DNA of 64,000 nucleotides, taken from the UHGV virus genome UHGV-2113617. One strand, given 5' to 3'. The notes under the pieces were generated by a model. It was not told the origin of the DNA. It did not search any database and worked only from the letters and a program-made list of their open reading frames with translations. The DNA comes from a virus. The translations under genes and the position numbers were made by a program. Positions 57,911 through 64,000 of this stretch are shown one piece after another (position 1 is the stretch's first letter; every line of letters starts with the position of its first letter).

Positions 57911-58462
57911 TCACTTTGAAATCATAGTTGGAATGACAGAATCAAGATAAGTCTTTAATAAAACAGCTTCTTCTTTGTTTAATACAACAACATTAACATC
58001 ATTTACCGATTGACGAATAGTTAAGACATCTCCCTCTTCATAGCATTTTGATACATTTAAAACAGTTTCATAATTTTGATTACAAGCGTTAGTAATAATA
58101 GCATTGCAATTTTTAAACCATTTTAAACCATGTTTTCTTTCATTAGAATAATAGAAATATTTAATCTTAGCTATAAAATTATCCCAATTATTAATTGATA
58201 AGCATATTGACTCGCTTTCAATATTAAATCCTGGGCATAAAGAATAAAAATGAATTTTATGCTCATCATTAATGCTTACAATTTTATCAGTGTATGGTTT
58301 TTCAATTTGGGTTAAATGAATAATTTCGCTAGGCGTAAAATATAGCATATCGTCTTCTTGCGTCAAACGATACATATTATTTACTTTTTCTATAGCCAAT
58401 TCACCAAAAAGTGAACTAACTTCTAGTACTAATCGTTTCATATTAATCCTTTTTATTGGCAT
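57911..58462 (-). CDS. hypothetical protein, paralog of previous ORF
   Basis: 183 aa; GFNIESESICLSI and C-terminal YLDSVIPTM. Confidence 0.5.
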   Translation of the reverse strand: MPIKRINMKRLVLEVSSLFGELAIEKVNNMYRLTQEDDMLYFTPSEIIHLTQIEKPYTDKIVSINDEHKIHFYSLCPGFNIESESICLSINNWDNFIAKIKYFYYSNERKHGLKWFKNCNAIITNACNQNYETVLNVSKCYEEGDVLTIRQSVNDVNVVVLNKEEAVLLKTYLDSVIPTMISK

Positions 58463-58721
58463 GAATTTGTTCTAAAATTTTAGAGTATTCCTTTGTATCA
58501 GATTTACGTACAATCGATACACTATAAGGCATACTATCGGTGTCTTTTATAAAGCGTTCCAAATGACACTCTAACAAAATTTCTGGGTTATAAATCGTGT
58601 ACATCAAATTACCTGTTGCTCCACGATATTGACAGATTTCTACTGATTGAGCATCATTCCACAATTTTGTTAAGACTAAATCGCCTACTTCTAATTTAGG
58701 AAAGCTCATGTTATTCACCAA
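58443..58721 (-). CDS. hypothetical protein
   Basis: ORF track 92 aa. Confidence 0.45.
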   Translation of the reverse strand: MVNNMSFPKLEVGDLVLTKLWNDAQSVEICQYRGATGNLMYTIYNPEILLECHLERFIKDTDSMPYSVSIVRKSDTKEYSKILEQIHANKKD

Positions 58722-58896
58722 TTAAAGTTTCAATATAAGAATCAAGATTTACTTTAGCTTCTTCCATAAGAGTTTTGTATTTAATCTTATTAGCATGTCC
58801 GGAGAAAGCTGATTCATCAATAACTGTTGATGCATGAACAGCTTTACTATACATCTCAATTAATTCTCTTAATTTAAAAGCCTGCTCACTTGTCAT
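58711..58896 (-). CDS. hypothetical protein
   Basis: ORF track 61 aa. Confidence 0.4.
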   Translation of the reverse strand: MTSEQAFKLRELIEMYSKAVHASTVIDESAFSGHANKIKYKTLMEEAKVNLDSYIETLIGE

Positions 58897-59026
58897 TACA
58901 TGCTCCTTTGAATAATATCAATAATGTTGTTCACCAGATTATAAGTAAACATTGGGTAATTATATTGAATCATCACATACACAACAAACAAAACTTTCAT
59001 TCTCTTCTCCTTGGCAGTTGGCAAGA

Positions 59027-59058
59027 TTACTATACCATAACCTTGCCAACTTGTAAAC
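59027..59058 (-). promoter_or_regulatory. early promoter
   Basis: GTTTACAagttggcaaggttatggTATAGT; TTGGCAAG/CTTGCCAA inverted repeat flanks the -10. Confidence 0.5.
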
Positions 59059-59223
59059 CATTAAATGACGTTTTCAATAAAATTCTGGAGTTTTGTGTGA
59101 GCATCAACCATGATTTTCATTTCTTCCTTTGCAAAAGCTATGCCTCTTTCCCTAGAAGAACACTCATAGTCAGAAACTGCATTAGCATATTCTTCAATTA
59201 GCTTCATTAAAAACATCTGCTTT

Positions 59224-59418
59224 TCAGTTTTCATTATTCCACCTAATCATTTCAAGATATTGAACTAACTTAGCTTTAGATTTATCCAAATCTCTTTTAG
59301 CTGCTGCTATACCTTCGTATGAATATCCTTCACAATGCTCAACTGCTAATTGATATGAATCTATTTCAACATCACGTGCTAATTTAATGATTTTTTCAAA
59401 CTGTTCGTGTGTCAGCAT
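59224..59418 (-). CDS. hypothetical protein
   Basis: ORF track 64 aa. Confidence 0.4.
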   Translation of the reverse strand: MLTHEQFEKIIKLARDVEIDSYQLAVEHCEGYSYEGIAAAKRDLDKSKAKLVQYLEMIRWNNEN

Positions 59419-59420
59419 AC

Positions 59421-59660
59421 TTAAACTCTCGTATTGTGATCGATAATTTCATCAAGAAACATATCTAAAGCTTCTACAGCATTATCAACTTTAGCTTCAA
59501 ATTCTTCAATACCTTTATTTGCAATGCCTGCCGAAAACCAAGCAAAGTCACTAAGTTCCTCATCTGCTTTGCGAATTAAAGCTACCAATTCTTTAATTTT
59601 ATCTGCTTGTTCAATACTAATCATTATTCCACCACATATGAAAGAGAGAATATTGCACAC
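59421..59660 (-). CDS. hypothetical protein
   Basis: ORF track 79 aa; start uncertain. Confidence 0.4.
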   Translation of the reverse strand: MCNILSFICGGIMISIEQADKIKELVALIRKADEELSDFAWFSAGIANKGIEEFEAKVDNAVEALDMFLDEIIDHNTRV

Positions 59661-59812
59661 GCCATATGAGTTGCAGCTTCATCACACATATCATAACGTT
59701 TCTTAAGAAGTTCTTCAAGTTCTTCACTAGTAACATCATCCATGTTGACGAAAAAATCACCATTAATGATGACGTAGATATTTCCTTCTTGATTAAGTGC
59801 TTCAATTTTCAT
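59624..59812 (-). CDS. hypothetical protein (62 aa)
   Basis: Internal ATG after AGAGGAGAA; track start overlaps the promoter at 59837-59869. Confidence 0.4.
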   Translation of the reverse strand: MKIEALNQEGNIYVIINGDFFVNMDDVTSEELEELLKKRYDMCDEAATHMACAIFSLSYVVE

Positions 59813-59836
59813 GATGTTCTCCTCTTTATCCGATAG

Positions 59837-59869
59837 TTGTATAGTATCACAGCTCAAATGGAAAGTAAA
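59837..59869 (-). promoter_or_regulatory. early promoter just downstream of terminator copy 2
   Basis: GTTTACtttccatttgagctgtgaTACTAT. Confidence 0.55.
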
Positions 59870-59878
59870 CCGGTAAAA

Positions 59879-59902
59879 TGAAAAAAGTCTCCCGAAGGAG
59901 AC
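59879..59902 (-). terminator. intrinsic terminator, copy 2 of the soc-type module
   Basis: AGTCTCC-CGAA-GGAGACT with U6 tract; promoter immediately downstream. Confidence 0.6.
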
Positions 59903-59907
59903 TAATG

Positions 59908-60294
59908 CTATTCGAGGGAAAGAAGATACTTACTTTGGTAAAACATTCCAGTAATATCATCTATCGTGCTTTGAATGGCTGGAGGCATTTCTTTGTAAAT
60001 GCTGTTAGATTGGTCTAGTATACGATCAATCATTTTAATTGTGTCGGTAGGAAGTTTACTAGCATCTGGAATTGAAGGTGTGTATTTTCTACCAGAATAC
60101 CCCAAATATTGCTCACCAAATTTATCAATCAAATCTGGCAACTCAGAGAAAATAAAATCGTATGCTTTGTGTCTAGCATAACTTTTAGTTTCAAAATGCG
60201 CAGAATGAAAATAAGCTTGTGCAGCCATTAATAAACCTAAGTATTCATCTGCCTTTGAAGGTTTTCCACTTTGTGAAAAGTCGCTGAATTTCAT
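59908..60294 (-). CDS. hypothetical protein (rI.-1 position)
   Basis: ORF track 128 aa. Confidence 0.5.
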   Translation of the reverse strand: MKFSDFSQSGKPSKADEYLGLLMAAQAYFHSAHFETKSYARHKAYDFIFSELPDLIDKFGEQYLGYSGRKYTPSIPDASKLPTDTIKMIDRILDQSNSIYKEMPPAIQSTIDDITGMFYQSKYLLSLE

Positions 60295-60584
60295 TCAGTC
60301 TCCAATTTAATGTTCATAATTCTAGCGTATGATTGTGCCATCTCCGCGCCTCGTTCTATACATTCAAAATCGGAAGAGCACGGGTCATTTTTATAGGTCG
60401 TTCGCATAAAACTATAGAACTGTTCAGATGATTCTACGCTTTTATTTTCAAAAAGCATATAAACATGTCTAATACCAGATTCCATAAATTTATCAAAATG
60501 AGGATCGACATTCGCTTCAATTGGTGGAGATAAAGCAAACGCTAATCCTAGCATGGCAAATAATGCCGTTGCTTTTAAGGCCAT
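60291..60584 (-). CDS. rI: lysis inhibition regulator RI
   Basis: 97 aa; signal-anchor MALKATALFAMLGLAF; ATG 60582-60584. Confidence 0.85.
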   Translation of the reverse strand: MALKATALFAMLGLAFALSPPIEANVDPHFDKFMESGIRHVYMLFENKSVESSEQFYSFMRTTYKNDPCSSDFECIERGAEMAQSYARIMNIKLETE

Positions 60585-60596
60585 AAAGGCCTCCTA

Positions 60597-60809
60597 TCAT
60601 TTTTGTCCTGTATTTACTTTATGCCGATGCACGGCCTTAACTTTATCAAGGCATTTTTCAAAATTTCGCAATCTAGTATAGTCTGCCGGAGATTGGTTGA
60701 GTGATACTTCTCGACGCAAAGCTGAAATGATATTTCCAACTTCCCTACGAATTTCATCTAATTGAAGAACAGTAAGATTGCGAAGTTGCTTTTCAGTTAA
60801 TTGTAGCAT
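60597..60809 (-). CDS. hypothetical protein (rI.1 position)
   Basis: ORF track 70 aa. Confidence 0.5.
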   Translation of the reverse strand: MLQLTEKQLRNLTVLQLDEIRREVGNIISALRREVSLNQSPADYTRLRNFEKCLDKVKAVHRHKVNTGQK

Positions 60810-60851
60810 ATATACCCCTTTAGTTAGATAAACCTATTTATAACTTTTGCA

Positions 60852-61433
60852 CTAACCGAGCTTTTTAGTTAATTCATTCCAATGTTTTCTACACAAAGAA
60901 ACATAAATTTCATCACCAATACAGATTTGATTACCTTCTTTAACTGGCGTTCCATCTTCCATTAATCGAGCTGTCATAATCGCTTTTTTACCGCAATGAC
61001 AAACTGCCTTTAGTTCAATAAGTTTATCTGCAATCGCCAAAAGTTCTTTAGAACCTTCAAATAATTTTCCAGCGAAATCAGTCCTTAGACCATAAGCCAT
61101 AACAGGAACATTATATGCATCGACAATTCGGCTTAATTGATGTACCTGTTCAGTTTTTAAAAACTGAGCTTCATCTACAAATACGCAATGAATATCTTTT
61201 TGTGCTTCAGCCCATTTATAGAACTCAAAAATATCCATATCATCCGTAATAATATTCGCTTCCTGCTTAATTCCAATGCGAGAAACGACTTCACAGACAG
61301 AATCGCGAGTATCAATAGCAGGCTTAAGAACTAATACACTCATTCCACGTTCTTTATAATTATGCGCAGCAGTCAAAAGAGAAGCAGATTTTCCAGCATT
61401 CATTGCTGCATAAGTAAAAATTAAACTCGCCAT
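60852..61433 (-). CDS. tk: thymidine kinase
   Basis: 193 aa; P-loop AAMNAGKS; ATG 61431-61433. Confidence 0.9.
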   Translation of the reverse strand: MASLIFTYAAMNAGKSASLLTAAHNYKERGMSVLVLKPAIDTRDSVCEVVSRIGIKQEANIITDDMDIFEFYKWAEAQKDIHCVFVDEAQFLKTEQVHQLSRIVDAYNVPVMAYGLRTDFAGKLFEGSKELLAIADKLIELKAVCHCGKKAIMTARLMEDGTPVKEGNQICIGDEIYVSLCRKHWNELTKKLG

Positions 61434-61442
61434 ATCACCTTC

Positions 61443-61628
61443 TTAAAGCGTATTCACATAAGCTATTAATTCGTTTTCTTTCTTATCAAACCGATCAGCA
61501 AATTCTTCCTGGTGTTCGGGAGATAGCGGGCCGTATTCATCATAAAAGGTGTTTGCTTCTGTATGCTCATCTAGAAGTTCATGGATAAGCTCAAACAATT
61601 TATCTTTTTGTTCTTTACTCAGACTCAT
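61443..61628 (-). CDS. hypothetical protein
   Basis: ORF track 61 aa. Confidence 0.45.
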   Translation of the reverse strand: MSLSKEQKDKLFELIHELLDEHTEANTFYDEYGPLSPEHQEEFADRFDKKENELIAYVNTL

Positions 61629-61798
61629 ATATTAATTTCCAGAAGTTTTAAAATAATTCGCTTTTGCTTAAATATTTCCATAGTTAAATGATCAGTATCT
61701 TTTTGACCAATTCCAATGGCAAAACCTTTATTAACAGCGAGTTCAATTAAATTATCAAGTTCACGTAACACTTCATATTGTAACTCAAAACTATTCAT
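61625..61798 (-). CDS. hypothetical small protein (57 aa)
   Basis: Manual translation MNSFELQYEVLRELDNLIELAVNKGFAIG; ATGA overlaps at both ends. Confidence 0.35.
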   Translation of the reverse strand: MNSFELQYEVLRELDNLIELAVNKGFAIGIGQKDTDHLTMEIFKQKRIILKLLEINI

Positions 61799-62001
61799 TT
61801 TGGTTTACCTTCTTTAACGAAATCAGGATAAGGATAAAATCCTGAATAAAATCCTTCGCCTTTATGATTGATGCATCCTTTATTAGAGCAATAGCACCAA
61901 TAATCGAAATCACAAGCCATTTCATCATTGCATAAAGCAAAAACAACTGGCCATTTACACTTTTCACAATGTGCATTTTTAAGAATGCTAGTTTGGCTCA
62001 T
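61795..62001 (-). CDS. Cys-rich small protein (probable zinc-binding)
   Basis: 68 aa from ATG 61999-62001; CEKCKW...CNDEMACDFDYWCYCSNKGC. Confidence 0.45.
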   Translation of the reverse strand: MSQTSILKNAHCEKCKWPVVFALCNDEMACDFDYWCYCSNKGCINHKGEGFYSGFYPYPDFVKEGKPK

Positions 62002-62210
62002 AACCATGTAACCTTTAAGCAATATTCTTCTACATGCTGTTTACGACCTTTCTTATCAATAAAGGTATATTCAACGAATGTTCCAATATAGTCTTTATCT
62101 ACATCATGTGGACTATTAATTGGGCATTTAGTACGGCAAATGCGTTCCCATTGACGAATAATTTCCACTTTGTTTTTAGGATCAAACGGATGCGGGTAAT
62201 GTGCTTTCAT
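61998..62210 (-). CDS. hypothetical protein
   Basis: ORF track 70 aa. Confidence 0.45.
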   Translation of the reverse strand: MKAHYPHPFDPKNKVEIIRQWERICRTKCPINSPHDVDKDYIGTFVEYTFIDKKGRKQHVEEYCLKVTWL

Positions 62211-62661
62211 AATCCACCACTATTAAATCAATATCAGGAGTAAACATGTCGATTAATTTAGAAACCTTATCCCAATCACCGCCAGCAATACCACAACCTA
62301 TGCGTGGAATGTAAATTACTGGTTTAAACAAAAGGGTTTCTGCCTGTAGATTTAATTCTATCATGCAGTTTACTAAAGCACCATAATCAAGATTAGGACC
62401 CGGTTCGTATTGTGTATACAGGTTATAGCATATACCAAATCCCGTAGGATTATGTTTAAAAACAATAGACATATCGCCTAGTTTATCACGAGAACCGTAC
62501 TCAGTAGTGGTTTTATCTATTTCTAAAATTTTAGGATAGGCCCTTGCTAATTGACCTGCTACACCTGAACCCATAGTATGAAAACAATTGCATCCGTGCG
62601 CAATAATATTACCTTGAAGAAATAGGGCGACAATATCGCCCTTGATATATTTTACAATCAT
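62182..62661 (-). CDS. macro-domain protein (putative ADP-ribose binding or hydrolase)
   Basis: 159 aa; GDIVA...IAHGCNC...GSGVAGQL and RIGCGIAGGDW motifs. Confidence 0.6.
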   Translation of the reverse strand: MIVKYIKGDIVALFLQGNIIAHGCNCFHTMGSGVAGQLARAYPKILEIDKTTTEYGSRDKLGDMSIVFKHNPTGFGICYNLYTQYEPGPNLDYGALVNCMIELNLQAETLLFKPVIYIPRIGCGIAGGDWDKVSKLIDMFTPDIDLIVVDYESTLPASV

Positions 62662-62999
62662 CTAGTACTCAATCCTCGATTATAAGAATCTACCAAACGG
62701 TCAACCATTGAATGACAAGCGGCTTTATCTTTCTCCTCCGCAACTGAACATTCTAAGGTATTCCACTTTTTAGCATATCGTTTTAATAAAGTATCATTTT
62801 TGTATCTGCTTGATTTATCTCTTTCTCCGTCTTTATATGCATATATTAATTTCTGCGCAAATTCAGCTTGACATGCTTTATTTTTCCCACAATAATCTGC
62901 GGCAGTACGGTTTACATACTCTCTAATTTCAGTGTATGATGTATTTGCTAACGCAGAAAATGAAATTAATCCTACACATAAAACCAAAATTTTAGTCAT
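62658..62999 (-). CDS. secreted protein (vs position)
   Basis: 113 aa; signal peptide MTKILVLCVGLISFSALA. Confidence 0.5.
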   Translation of the reverse strand: MTKILVLCVGLISFSALANTSYTEIREYVNRTAADYCGKNKACQAEFAQKLIYAYKDGERDKSSRYKNDTLLKRYAKKWNTLECSVAEEKDKAACHSMVDRLVDSYNRGLSTR

Positions 63000-63537
63000 T
63001 TACTATTTCCAACAGTTTATTATTTTTAAGGTAGTTAGCCTTTTCTAGGACTTCAGAAGCATATTTAGAACCTGCTTTAACATTCCATCCCGAATTATAA
63101 GAGGATATTGCCTTTCTTATATCGCCCTTATGTATATTTAACCAATAAGAAAGTTCAATGTACGCCCAGGAAGCTGAATTGGACCGTTTATTCAACATTC
63201 TTTTTATTTCAGCATCGGTCATATTATAACCAAGTTCCTTAACTCTTGCTCGCATGGTCGGCAAATAATTTTGGAACATTCCATAGGCATGATGCTTTGG
63301 TTTAGATTTTAAATTAACTCCGGCAGAGCTTTCTTGCCATAAAATAGCAGCCATTATATGACCTAATCCACTCTTGTGGATATTTTTGTGTGTTTTATAT
63401 TTTCCATCCTTAGAAAATTGTTCCCCGAATTGATATGCGTAACGCATGTTATCGAGTTGGACATTACTGAAAGTATGCTCGGAGCTATGTGCCATCATTG
63501 AAATGGCCAATAGACCAGCGAGTAGTGCTTTTCTCAT
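62992..63537 (-). CDS. periplasmic lytic transglycosylase-like protein (SLT domain; vs.1 position)
   Basis: 181 aa; signal peptide; AAILWQESS catalytic-Glu motif. Confidence 0.6.
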   Translation of the reverse strand: MRKALLAGLLAISMMAHSSEHTFSNVQLDNMRYAYQFGEQFSKDGKYKTHKNIHKSGLGHIMAAILWQESSAGVNLKSKPKHHAYGMFQNYLPTMRARVKELGYNMTDAEIKRMLNKRSNSASWAYIELSYWLNIHKGDIRKAISSYNSGWNVKAGSKYASEVLEKANYLKNNKLLEIVND

Positions 63538-63544
63538 GCTTACC

Positions 63545-64000
63545 TCATTGAGTTTTAATTACTGCTTTAGAAGCCTTTCCTGGTAAACGACGACTGTTGA
63601 TAATTGCCATCCTGCACTGAAGTGACGGGTCTTTGAACTTCTCGTTAGGTTTACAAACTGTAAATCCAAGCCAAAGATTTCCATCTGTGATTTCTAAACG
63701 CCCAGGACGATATTCAACCCCATCAATAAAATCCTCATTAATGTCAGGACGCGGAGGCATACTCAGGAATTCATTAACTTCTAAAACATGGTCTTTTATT
63801 TTGTGGAATAATTCAAAAACATATGTCTCATCAATCTCCCGTTGAATTGCACGATCAAGAAGATGCTGAGAATATTTTAGATGAAACGATGAGACCCCTG
63901 CTGCTTTTGATGCCTCACGAATCTCATTGTTAATTTGACGAAACTCCGACTCAAAGTGACGACGGAGCTTATTTCGACGGATAAAAACTTCTGTGTTGAT
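63545..64000 (-). CDS. regB: endoribonuclease RegB; 5' end runs about 2 codons beyond window end
   Basis: Frame open from 63545 to window edge; INTEVFIRRNKLRRHFESEFRQ...KTQ; the 71-aa track ORF is its C-terminal part. Confidence 0.75.
   Translation of the reverse strand: MNTEVFIRRNKLRRHFESEFRQINNEIREASKAAGVSSFHLKYSQHLLDRAIQREIDETYVFELFHKIKDHVLEVNEFLSMPPRPDINEDFIDGVEYRPGRLEITDGNLWLGFTVCKPNEKFKDPSLQCRMAIINSRRLPGKASKAVIKTQ

Noticed and set aside
1-64000. CRISPR arrays, tRNA or rRNA genes, transposases and integrases
   Set aside because: No regularly spaced direct repeats, no cloverleaf-compatible segments noticed, and no ORF with transposase or integrase motifs; cannot fully exclude tRNAs without a dedicated search.

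Overview
This window reads as a T-even (T4-like) myovirus segment, collinear with the T4 early/middle region as I recall it from memory (no database search was possible). Gene order runs from gene 52 (partial, window start) through ndd, denB, rIIB, rIIA, 39, dexA, dda, modA/modB, soc, 56, 61, 41, uvsX, 42, imm, 43, regA, 62/44/45, rpbA, 46/47, a-gt, 55, nrdH/G/D, 49, nrdC, rI and tk to regB (partial, window end). Essentially all genes are on the minus strand and tightly packed, with a recurring GTTTAC / TAnTAT early-promoter cassette, a few MotA-box middle promoters, one TATAAATA late promoter upstream of soc, and many UUCG-tetraloop hairpins. I found no tRNA, rRNA, CRISPR array, transposase or intron, and no clearly novel defence or anti-defence system. 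The most interesting material is accessory: a four-gene array of diverged paralogs with C-terminal coiled coils downstream of nrdC, a P-loop ATPase plus nucleotidyltransferase-fold pair, a 281-aa glycosyltransferase-like ORF at the beta-gt locus, a macro-domain protein next to tk, and a terminator-promoter module duplicated 40 kb apart with compensatory stem changes. The ORF track accepts TTG/GTG as start codons; I re-checked starts only for the named genes and for ORFs that overlapped promoters, so other starts are unverified. Sixteen plus-strand ORFs in the track were rejected as antisense artefacts.
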